The notes under the pieces are model-generated. The model did no database searches, was not told where the DNA came from, and saw only the letters and a list, made by a program, of their open reading frames with translations. This document shows positions 9,645 through 20,688 of a DNA stretch of 51,131 bases, piece by piece; the stretch's first letter is position 1; each line of letters starts with the position of its first letter. The position numbers were made by a program, and so were the translations under genes. Source of the stretch: Kofleriaceae bacterium (GTDB lineage Bacteria > Myxococcota_A > Polyangia > Haliangiales > Haliangiaceae); assembly GCA_046597055.1 (NCBI GenBank), contig JBKJLC010000219.1, positions 1-51,131 of the forward strand, in the 5' to 3' direction.

Positions 9645-12600
9645 TCAGTCGTCGAAGTCGAGCACGACGTCGAAGTCGTCGTCGAGCTCGATGTCGACCG
9701 AGTCCTTCCGGGGCAGCGCGCGCGGGGCGGCGCGGGCGACGCTGGTCGGATCGGCCTCGGCTGCACCCAGCGGATCCGACAGGTCGGCGAGCGCGCGGTC
9801 GACGTCCGATGGAGCGCCGGGACGCGGCGCGGTCGGGCGCGGGGCGGCGGTGCGCGCCGACGTGGCGGCGGGCGGGCGCGGCGTGGTGTGGGCGGTCGCG
9901 CGCGGCGTGGTGTGGGCGGTCGCGCGCGGGGCGGTGTGCGCGGTCGGGCGCGGGGCGGCGGTCGCGGCGGGGCGCGGGGTCGGCTGGGCCAGCGGGCGTG
10001 TCGTCGGGGCGGGTGCCGCCGCCGGGCCCGAGCGGTGGGCACCCAGGTGCTCGAGCATCTCGAACTCGTCGACGAAATTCTGGACCGGGCCGGGCGCGGG
10101 CGGCGGCGCGAGGCGGTCGGGCACGCGCTGGCTCTCGAGGTCGATGTCGATCGCCCCCGCGGCATGCGCGGGCGGTTCGGCCCGGCGCGGCGCATCGCTG
10201 GTGTCGTCGGCGGCGTCGGCGTCGATCTCGATCTCGAGGTCGCGGCTGCGCAGCGCGAGCGAGCCGCTCGTGGAGCTCGGGAGGTCGAGATCGATCAGCA
10301 GCGGATCGTCCTCGAGATCGAGGTTGGCGAGGCTGGCGGCCTGGACCACGCGCTGCCGGTGCTCGAGGTCCTCGCGCTGGCGCTCGCGGAGCTCGTGATC
10401 GGCGCGGTCACGTTCGGCCCGATCGCGTGCGGCGCGTTCGCGGGTGACCCGCTCGCGCTCGGCACGGTCGGCGCGTTCGCGCTCGGCGCGCTCGCGTTCG
10501 ACCCGCTCGCGGGTGGTGCGCGCATCGTCGACGCCCGGCAACGGCGCGGGCGGCAGGCTGGTGTACGGCTTGCGGCGCGGGGGCGGGACCGGCGGCGGTG
10601 CGGTCCCGGCCTTGCGCGCGCGGGTGGTCGCGCCCACGCCGCGCGGGTTGCTCGCGGGCTCGGCCGGCGGCGGGGGCAGGGCTGGCGCGTCGGCGACATA
10701 CGTCGGAGCGCCGGTCTCGGCCGGTGGGGTCCACGCGGCCGAACGACCGGACAGCGGGGGTGTCGACTCCGCGATCGCCGGCGCGAGCTGCGCCAGCGTC
10801 GGCGTGGGCGCGACGACCGTCGGTGCCGGCTCGGCGCGTGCGGGTGACCGCGCCGGGCGCGTCGCGGCCGCGGCGGGGATCGCGGGCGCTGGCTCGGGCT
10901 CGGGCGAGCTGGCCGGCTCCGTGCGCGGGGATGACGGCTCGGCGAGGGGGGCGTCCGTGTCGGCGATCGCCGAAATCGGCGCGGCGCGCGTCGGCGCGGT
11001 CGCGGGCGTGGCGACCGGGGCGTCGGCGATCGCGGGCGCCAGCTCGGCGAGCGTCGCGGGCGGCGCGTCGGCGTGCGTGGCGGCCGGGACACCCGCGTCG
11101 GCGTGCGTGGGGGCGAGCGCGTCGGTCTCGGCGAGCGCGGGTGCTGGCTCGGCGGGCGCGGGCGCGGGCCGTGCGTCGGCGTGCGTGGGGACGAGCCCGT
11201 CGGCCTCGGCGAGCGCGGGTGCTGGCTCCGCGATCGACGGTGCCGACTCGGTCGGCGCCGGCGCGGTCGGATCCGACTCGGTGATCGCCGGTGCGAGCTC
11301 GGCGAGCGTAGGCGCAGCCTCTGCGGCGGCGACGTTGGCCTCGGTCGCGCCGACGGCGTTCACCGCCAACGCCGGCGCGGCGATCGCCCGCGCGGGCTCG
11401 GTGACGGCGGTGACCTCGTCGAACGTCGTCGCGGCGGCAGCCGCCGGGTCGGCCACGTCCCGAGGGGCTGGCTCCGCATCGTCGGTGCTGGCGGCGGCAG
11501 CCGCCGGGTCGGCCCCTTCCCGAGGGGCTGGCTCCGCCTCGTCGGCGGGGGCCGCGGCCCGTGCGAGCGGCACCGGCGGTGGCAGGCTCGGGGTGGGGAG
11601 CCGGCTCGCCGACGCGCGCTGGCGGGTGCGGATCGGGGAGGACGCGACGCCGAGCAGCGAGGCCAGGCGACCGCTGACGTCCTCTGGCGCGATCTCCGCG
11701 ATGATGCCATCCGTACTCTCACCCGGATCCGCGGTGAGGTCCCCAGCGCCAGCAAGCGCCCGCGCCCGCGCGATCGCGGCCGCGACGTCGATACGATCCG
11801 GATCGGGCGGGTCGGCCGCGTCGGTCGCGTCCGGCGCGTCGGTCGGCGGCGCGAGCCCCACGGCGGATGGGCGAGGGCGACGAACCCGCGAGGCCAGGGG
11901 CGGTGGCGCCGACGGCGGTCGTGGCGGTGGTGGCGCGGCCGGCTCGTCGACGTCGCGGTCGAGCCAGGCGCGGGCAGCAGCGTCGCCGGTCGCCCTGGCG
12001 GCGCGGTCGACCTCGTCGGCAGCGGCGTCGTCGGCGGCGGGTGCGGACGCGGCGACGGCCGCGACCTCGGCGACCGGCTCGACGGGGGCGAGGCTCTCGG
12101 CCGCCAGCGTCGCGACCGCCGACCCAGCCAGGGCGGCACCGGCCCCGGCGAGCCCCGGCGGCCGGCCGGTCCCTGGCGCCTCGACCGCGGCCAGGGAAGC
12201 CTCCGCCACCAGCGCTTCGCCGCCGGGCGCCGCCGGGCCCACCGACCCGGCAGCCGGCGGCTCGGCAGGCGCATTGCCCGGGCGCGCATCACCGCCGCCC
12301 GGATCGCCCGGGCGCGTCTCGCCGCGCGCGTTCGGTGCACCCGCGTCGCCAGCGGCCGCCGCCTCGGCCGACCGCGTCCGCGTCGATCGATGCGGCATCG
12401 CCCGGATCTGGGTCTGGCCGTCGTCGCTGACCGACGCATCGGTGCCTGCGACGGGCGCCGGGTCGGCCGGCGGCGGCTCGCTGCGCCCCGCGGTTCGCCG
12501 CGCGCGCGCGGGATTGTCGCGCGGGAGCATGCGGACCGCGGTCGTGCCCTCGTCGCTCGCGGGGGGCTCGCCGGCGGCGCTGGGCTCGCCTGGGGCCGAC

Positions 12601-13175
12601 CCGCTGGGCTCGACCGGCGGACGCGGGGGGCGCGACGGGGTATCGCGCGGGAGCCTGCGGATCTGGGTCTTTCCGTCGTCGCTGGCGGACGCGACCTCGC
12701 CGGGCCCGGGCGCCTCGCTGGCCGGCTCGGGGGCGGTGGCCGCGCGGGCGCCGCGCGTGGGCGCGCCGCGGGCCGCGGTGATCTCGTCGCCGGTCACGTC
12801 CTCGACCGGCATCGGCAGGCCGGTGTCGACCAGCCCGTTACGGCGACGGACCTCGAGCATGCGCAGCAGGAGCTCGCGGCTCTCGCGCGACACCCGCTGG
12901 AGATCGACCGCCATGCCGGAGGCCGCCTTGGGCCGCGCCGGATCGGGCTCCCGCACGGCGCGCACGAGGCCCTGACCCACCAGCACCGCGCGGTCGTCCG
13001 CGAGGCGGATCTCGAACCGCACCTCGTGGCCAACCGGCTTGGGGGTGCGGGTCGGGATGAACACCGCGGTGCGGGTGACGTTGATCGCGAAGCGCTCGAC
13101 GAACGTCTCGACGTCCGGGTAGCGCACCTTGATGCGCAGCGCGGTCGGAGGCCGCTTGGCGTCGTCGACTGCCAT
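9645..13175 (-). CDS. TIGR02266-like (PilZ-like) domain protein with about 1050 aa Pro/Ala-rich disordered tail
   Basis: N-terminal LRIKVRYPDVETFVERFAINVTRTAVFIPTRTPKPVGHEVRFEIRL resembles the myxobacterial TIGR02266 domain. The remainder is low complexity with internal repeats and an acidic C-terminus. Confidence 0.75.
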   Translation of the reverse strand: MAVDDAKRPPTALRIKVRYPDVETFVERFAINVTRTAVFIPTRTPKPVGHEVRFEIRLADDRAVLVGQGLVRAVREPDPARPKAASGMAVDLQRVSRESRELLLRMLEVRRRNGLVDTGLPMPVEDVTGDEITAARGAPTRGARAATAPEPASEAPGPGEVASASDDGKTQIRRLPRDTPSRPPRPPVEPSGSAPGEPSAAGEPPASDEGTTAVRMLPRDNPARARRTAGRSEPPPADPAPVAGTDASVSDDGQTQIRAMPHRSTRTRSAEAAAAGDAGAPNARGETRPGDPGGGDARPGNAPAEPPAAGSVGPAAPGGEALVAEASLAAVEAPGTGRPPGLAGAGAALAGSAVATLAAESLAPVEPVAEVAAVAASAPAADDAAADEVDRAARATGDAAARAWLDRDVDEPAAPPPPRPPSAPPPLASRVRRPRPSAVGLAPPTDAPDATDAADPPDPDRIDVAAAIARARALAGAGDLTADPGESTDGIIAEIAPEDVSGRLASLLGVASSPIRTRQRASASRLPTPSLPPPVPLARAAAPADEAEPAPREGADPAAAAASTDDAEPAPRDVADPAAAAATTFDEVTAVTEPARAIAAPALAVNAVGATEANVAAAEAAPTLAELAPAITESDPTAPAPTESAPSIAEPAPALAEADGLVPTHADARPAPAPAEPAPALAETDALAPTHADAGVPAATHADAPPATLAELAPAIADAPVATPATAPTRAAPISAIADTDAPLAEPSSPRTEPASSPEPEPAPAIPAAAATRPARSPARAEPAPTVVAPTPTLAQLAPAIAESTPPLSGRSAAWTPPAETGAPTYVADAPALPPPPAEPASNPRGVGATTRARKAGTAPPPVPPPRRKPYTSLPPAPLPGVDDARTTRERVERERAERERADRAERERVTRERAARDRAERDRADHELRERQREDLEHRQRVVQAASLANLDLEDDPLLIDLDLPSSTSGSLALRSRDLEIEIDADAADDTSDAPRRAEPPAHAAGAIDIDLESQRVPDRLAPPPAPGPVQNFVDEFEMLEHLGAHRSGPAAAPAPTTRPLAQPTPRPAATAAPRPTAHTAPRATAHTTPRATAHTTPRPPAATSARTAAPRPTAPRPGAPSDVDRALADLSDPLGAAEADPTSVARAAPRALPRKDSVDIELDDDFDVVLDFDD

Positions 13176-13505
13176 CCCTGGATCGGGATGATCCGTCGCG
13201 CCGTCCGAAAACGCAAACCGCGAGTGGGCCCCGGTGCTGACCGCGACTGCCCGTCACCGGCGCCCCGCCCACGCCCCGGTCGACGTCGGTGGCCGCCTGA
13301 CCGCGCGGCGTCTTCGAGGGCCAGGCTGTAGCCGGCCGCCTGGCCGGCCGGGTCGGCCGCCGCGCACCGCGCGCTGGACGTACTCCTCAAGCGCTTTGCG
13401 CGGTTCGGCCTTGCATTCGGCCTGCGTGACATCCCGCGGTCTCCTCGAACCTCACCTCGTAGGTCTGGCAGGTGCCCCTTGCCCGGCAGCGGTTCGGGAC
13501 GCAGT

Positions 13506-15062
13506 TCACGGGGTCGGCGAGACCCACGTCTCGAATCGCAGGTCGCTGGTTGTGGCTCCGACCAAGGCGAGGCGCACCCAGCCACCATTGACGAGGGTCA
13601 TGGCATGGCCCGGATGGGCGTTGCCCAGGTAGTAGCGCTCGCGGTGGTCGGGGATCACGACCGCGGCGTAGTCGATCCCGGCGCGGAGCACCGGGGGGCT
13701 CGCCAGCAGCACGGTGCCCATGTCGGCGTCCTCGAAGCTGGGCATCGTACCGACCCAGCCGGTCCCGCGCCCCGACCACAGGAGCTGGCCCGGGTTGCCC
13801 GCTTCGACCGTCCGCAGCTCGAGCGTGAACTTGCAGCCCGAGCCGCAGTTGTTCCCGCGGTAGGCGAAGCGGGTGAGGAAGCCCGTCCGGGTGGCCGTGA
13901 AGATCTGGGCCATCGGCACGCCCGCGACGTTCTCCCACCAACTGCCGCCGCGGCCGGTCTCGCGATTGTCGAGCACCTCGGCGGGCTTCCTGTACAGCTT
14001 CACGTTCGACCACGGCCCCTGGGTGCTCGCGGCGCTGGTGCCGGCGCCGTAAAGCTGGCAGACATCCCAGTCGGTGAACGCGTAGAAGCCAGTGCAGTCG
14101 GTTCGGGTGTCGCACATCAGCGCGCACTGATAGGGCTGATACCCGTACAGGCGACTGCCGAGCATGCCGGTGTTCGACAGCGGCGCGACCGCGCCGTCGT
14201 AGCGACCGGCCGGGTCCGGGCTCGGCGTCTTCCAGTGCATCCTGACGTTCGCCCACGACCCGCCGCGGCCGGCGGTGTCGGCGCCCGGGCCGTAGAGCTG
14301 GCAAACGTTCGCGTCGGTGATGGCGTAGAAGCCCGTACACGACCCGCTCGCCGCGCACTGATCCGCGCAGCTCTGCGCCGACATGCCGAGCAGCCGGCCG
14401 GCGAGCTCGCCGGTGGCCGGGATCGCCCAGATGCCGGAGCGGTACGTCGCGTCGACGTCAGTCGCGGCCGGCTTCCAGTACATCTTCACGTTGGACCACG
14501 GGCCTTGGCTGCTCGCGGTGGCGGCGCCGGCCCCGTAGAGCTGGCAGGCGTCCCGGTCGGTGAAGGCATGGAAGCCGGTGCAGGCGGGGCTGGCGTCACA
14601 CATCCGGGCGCACTGATAGGGCCGGTAGCCGGACACGCTCCCGCCGAGCTGGTGGGTGTTCGGCAGGGGCGCGACCGCGCCGTGGTACCGGACGAGCGGA
14701 TCCGGGGTGGGCGTCTTCCAGTGCATCTTGACGTTCACCCACGCGCCGCTGTGCGCGGCGGTGTCGGCGCCCGGCCCGTAGAGCTGGCAGCGGTCGCGGT
14801 CGGTGAAGGCGTAGAAGCCCGTGCATGCCGCGCTGGCGGCGCACTGGTCGGCGCAGCTCTGCGCCGGTATGGTGAGCACGCCAGTGAGCTCGCCGGAGGC
14901 GGGGACTCCCCAGACCCCCGACTGGTAGGCACTGATGTCGATCGTGGCCGACGTGGAGGACAGCGCGTCCTCGTCGGTGTCCTCGTCGCTCGCCAGGCAG
15001 CCAGAGAGCGACAGGACGAGGGCGGAGCCCAGGAGGGCATGGAAACTTCGGCTGAGGTTCAT
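13506..15062 (-). CDS. Secreted lipoprotein with four PAN/Apple-like Cys modules and a C-terminal beta-rich domain
   Basis: Lipobox LSGC; four repeats of CxxxC-x5-CTGFxAxTD-x3-CQLYG. Confidence 0.8.
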   Translation of the reverse strand: MNLSRSFHALLGSALVLSLSGCLASDEDTDEDALSSTSATIDISAYQSGVWGVPASGELTGVLTIPAQSCADQCAASAACTGFYAFTDRDRCQLYGPGADTAAHSGAWVNVKMHWKTPTPDPLVRYHGAVAPLPNTHQLGGSVSGYRPYQCARMCDASPACTGFHAFTDRDACQLYGAGAATASSQGPWSNVKMYWKPAATDVDATYRSGIWAIPATGELAGRLLGMSAQSCADQCAASGSCTGFYAITDANVCQLYGPGADTAGRGGSWANVRMHWKTPSPDPAGRYDGAVAPLSNTGMLGSRLYGYQPYQCALMCDTRTDCTGFYAFTDWDVCQLYGAGTSAASTQGPWSNVKLYRKPAEVLDNRETGRGGSWWENVAGVPMAQIFTATRTGFLTRFAYRGNNCGSGCKFTLELRTVEAGNPGQLLWSGRGTGWVGTMPSFEDADMGTVLLASPPVLRAGIDYAAVVIPDHRERYYLGNAHPGHAMTLVNGGWVRLALVGATTSDLRFETWVSPTP

Positions 15063-15074
15063 GCCGCCGCTCTG

Positions 15075-15090
15075 AGCAAGCGGCGAACCA
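15075..15090 (-). promoter_or_regulatory. Candidate sigma54 (-24/-12) promoter for the PAN lipoprotein gene
   Basis: Minus strand TGGTTCGCCGCTTGCT matches TGGCACG-N4-TTGC(A/T) with exact GG-N10-GC spacing. Confidence 0.6.
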
Positions 15091-15159
15091 GCGCGAGCGC
15101 GGCCGGATCTCGCCGGATCCATACGGCCGGGCGGCCCGGAGTGACGGCGCCGCATCCAC

Positions 15160-15193
15160 CTGCACCGTCCAGCGTCGACCCTGGACGGTGCAG
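15160..15193. promoter_or_regulatory. Perfect 13-bp inverted repeat (enhancer/UAS or alaS terminator hairpin)
   Basis: CTGCACCGTCCAG-cgtcgacc-CTGGACGGTGCAG with no U-tract; about 100-130 bp upstream of the predicted sigma54 start and about 50 nt after the alaS stop. Confidence 0.55.
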
Positions 15194-15245
15194 TCGGTCG
15201 ACCGGCCTTGGGGGCTGCGCCCTGAACAGGTTCGGCGGACGCTGA

Positions 15246-17912
<2,667 letters not shown>

Positions 17913-17985
17913 GACCGCGGAACCCTAGCAGAAAACCCTCGGATCGCGGCCGGCGCCGACGCCTCGCGTCAACCGGTCGCGGCGG

Positions 17986-18912
17986 TCACGCCGGCCGTCG
18001 CGACCGGCGGCGACGCACCCGCGCGAGCACCGCCAGCGCCAGCGCGAGCGTGCCGGGCCCGGGCCGCGCCCCGGTCGCGCAGCCACCGTCAGCGCGGTCC
18101 TCGTCGCCCGCGCAGGGCCCACCCAGGCCCGACCCGCACGGGATGCCGGTGGGGACCGCGGCGTGGATCCACGCGAGGTAGACATCGACGCGCGTGTCGA
18201 TGCCGCCGCTGACACACTGACTGGAGCGCTCGACGCTGCGCGAGGTCGTGCCGACCAGGCGCGGGCCGCCGGGCAGTGCTGCGAAGGCCGGGCCGCCCGA
18301 GTCGCCGCGGCAGTTCTGCGGCTGACCGGGGGCCGACACCCGCAGCTCTGACGAGCCGACCGCGACCAGGGCGGTCTCCGCGTCGTACTTGACGCCTTCG
18401 GTGCCGTTCTCGGTGACGCCGTAGCCCACGATCGCCAGCGCGAGACCGGCGACCAGGGCGGGGCTGTCGGTGGGCTGCATCATCGCGACCGGCGCGACCT
18501 CGGTGATCGGCGCGGCGAGCCGCAGCACGCCGAGGTCGAAGTACTGTCCGAGCCCGGCCGGGGGCGGCGCGTCGAGGTCGAACTGCTCGTGGACGATCGC
18601 CTCGCGTCCGGCGACCACCGGCCGTGGATCGTCCCGCGTGTCGTGGGCGAGGCTGAACGACGGGAGCTGCGGGCCGATGGCGGCCGGGTCCAGGCAGTGG
18701 GCCGCGGTCAGCACCGCGTCGGGCGCGATGAGCGTGCCGGAGCAGTGCGCGACCGGGTCGCTGGTCGGGAGCGTCCGGATCAGCAGCGCGCCCACGCCTG
18801 GAAACCCGCCGGCCGGGGTCGGGTCACCGCCGATCACGTGATCGACGCTCACGCCGAGGGCGGCCTCGGTGCAGCCGGCGAGCACCACGCCGGCAAGGAC
18901 GGCCGCCCGCAT
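17986..18912 (-). CDS. Trypsin-like (S1) serine protease lipoprotein with MYXO-CTERM-like tail
   Basis: Lipobox LAGC, VIGG, CSGTLI, LTAAHC, FDLGVL, GDSGGP; C-terminal DGGCATG...hydrophobic...RRRR. Confidence 0.9.
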   Translation of the reverse strand: MRAAVLAGVVLAGCTEAALGVSVDHVIGGDPTPAGGFPGVGALLIRTLPTSDPVAHCSGTLIAPDAVLTAAHCLDPAAIGPQLPSFSLAHDTRDDPRPVVAGREAIVHEQFDLDAPPPAGLGQYFDLGVLRLAAPITEVAPVAMMQPTDSPALVAGLALAIVGYGVTENGTEGVKYDAETALVAVGSSELRVSAPGQPQNCRGDSGGPAFAALPGGPRLVGTTSRSVERSSQCVSGGIDTRVDVYLAWIHAAVPTGIPCGSGLGGPCAGDEDRADGGCATGARPGPGTLALALAVLARVRRRRSRRPA

Positions 18913-18981
18913 GCAGCGAGCATTGGAGAGGCGCGGACAGAAGATCAAGCGAAAGCCGTCGGGCGCCGGCCTGACCGGTGG

Positions 18982-20688
18982 CTAGAACAGGTAGACGCCG
19001 GTCGCCAGCCCGCCCCAGTAGGTGTCGCGCGCGCCGGCGACGTCCTGGTCGGCCGGGTCCATGTCGCGGTTCCGGGTCAGCTCGCCATCGCCCTTGAACG
19101 TGAAGCCGAGCGTGGTCAGCGTGCCCGCGACCCGCAGCAGCACCTTCGACGCGAGCTGGTAGTCGACGCCGGCCTCGACCGCGACGCCGATCACCGTGGA
19201 CCCGCCATACTGGGTCACCGCCGACATCTCGCCGGTGCTGGTGACGAACAAGAACCGGGCGCCGGCGCCGAGCACCAGCTTCGGGCCCAGCGTGTAGCCG
19301 ACCGCGAGCCCGGGGTCGATGTAGCTGTAGTTGGTGTTGGGGATGTCGAGGTCGCCGGCCTCCAGCGCGGGGTTGGCGCGGTCGATGCGGAACGTGCGCT
19401 TGTTGAAGCGCATCGAGACGTCGAGCTCGAGCTTCGCGCCGATCAGCTGGCGGTACACCAGGCCCGCGGCGAGGTGCTGTTCGGTGGTCGGCAGGTCGTA
19501 CTTCACGCCCATCTTTTCGATCGACGACGCGATCTTGATGACGCGGTCGAACACCAGCTGGATGCCGAGGTTGCTCGTGAACGAGCGGTTCTTGCGGTTG
19601 AAGCCGAGCGGAAACGCCTCGAGCCCGACGTAGATGCCGGGCACCGGGCTGCCCTTGTAGCCCTGGGGCTCGTTCGAGGTCAGGTTGGTCGCGAAGGTCA
19701 GCCTCCGGCCGGTGAACGACATGCCGACCGCGAGATCGAGCGGACGCCGGCGCGGATCACCCGCGGGCCCGGTCTCGACCTCGTCCTCGATCTCGGCGTC
19801 GGCGCGACCCTCGGTGTCGTCGTCGGCCGCGGCGACGCGCTCGTCGCCGTCGGTGCTATCGTCGCCGCTGTCGTCGTCGGGCGCGGGCTTGCCCTTGGCG
19901 GCCTTGCCCTTGGCGGCCTTGCCCTTGCCGAACCGCGGCGCGTCGGCCTCGTCGTCATCGATCTCCTCGTCCTCCTCTTCGTCGACCGGCTTGCCCTTGG
20001 TGGCCTTGCCCTTGGTGGCCTTGCCCATCCGCGGCCGGTCGTCGTCGTCAGCTTCCTCGTCGTCGGCCTCCTCGTCGTCCTCGTCGTCGACCGGCTTGCT
20101 CTTGCCGGCCTTGCCCTTGCCGGTCGCGGTCTTGCCGCGGGCCGGGGCCTCCTCCGCCTCCTCGTCCTCGGCCTCCTCGTCGTCGTCGCCGGCGGACAGG
20201 TCCGCGATCGCGGGCATGAGCTCCTGCTTGATCGCGTCGCGGCTGTCGGTGCCGAGCTTGGTGCCGCGCTCGACCAGGTCGGGGGTAGCCACCGTCTTGC
20301 CGGTCGCGCCGTCGCGGAGCGCGAGGTGGATCAGGTAGCGCGAACCGCGCTTCTCGACCTTGCCGGTCACCACGCCGTCGACCGACAGCTTGCGGGCGAC
20401 CTTCTTGATATCGCGCTCGTTGGTCTTGGTCGCGTTGAGGTCATCGGCGGTGTCGCGCCACTTCTTCAGCGGGATCACCGAGTGGGACTTCTTCAGCAGC
20501 TTCTCGACGTCGGCCTGGAAGGCCGCCGCCTTGGGGCCGCTGAACGGGAGCACCACCAGCCGCTTGCGGCCGGCCTCGGCGACCCGGGGGCCGACGAGCA
20601 AACCCAGGAGGGCGACCGCGGCGACGAGCCAGGACGTGGCGCGTCGGGCCGGGTTACTTGGTGAAGCGGTCGATCTCGAAGTCATCAT
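18982..20688 (-). CDS. Putative outer-membrane protein: TolB-N/CsgG-like domain, acidic/Lys linker, C-terminal beta-barrel
   Basis: Signal peptide ending AEA, RLVVLPFSG...VDGVVTGKV, D/E and GKA repeats, amphipathic beta strands ending in GVYLF. Start (20685 or 20688) overlaps the 3' end of the pilT-family gene. Confidence 0.65.
   Translation of the reverse strand: MMTSRSTASPSNPARRATSWLVAAVALLGLLVGPRVAEAGRKRLVVLPFSGPKAAAFQADVEKLLKKSHSVIPLKKWRDTADDLNATKTNERDIKKVARKLSVDGVVTGKVEKRGSRYLIHLALRDGATGKTVATPDLVERGTKLGTDSRDAIKQELMPAIADLSAGDDDEEAEDEEAEEAPARGKTATGKGKAGKSKPVDDEDDEEADDEEADDDDRPRMGKATKGKATKGKPVDEEEDEEIDDDEADAPRFGKGKAAKGKAAKGKPAPDDDSGDDSTDGDERVAAADDDTEGRADAEIEDEVETGPAGDPRRRPLDLAVGMSFTGRRLTFATNLTSNEPQGYKGSPVPGIYVGLEAFPLGFNRKNRSFTSNLGIQLVFDRVIKIASSIEKMGVKYDLPTTEQHLAAGLVYRQLIGAKLELDVSMRFNKRTFRIDRANPALEAGDLDIPNTNYSYIDPGLAVGYTLGPKLVLGAGARFLFVTSTGEMSAVTQYGGSTVIGVAVEAGVDYQLASKVLLRVAGTLTTLGFTFKGDGELTRNRDMDPADQDVAGARDTYWGGLATGVYLF

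Noticed and set aside
13176..13505. Structured RNA (RNase P, SRP, 6S, riboswitch) in the 330-bp intergenic region
   Set aside because: No hallmark motifs such as GAGGAAAGTCC were recognised; an Rfam scan would be needed to exclude it fully.
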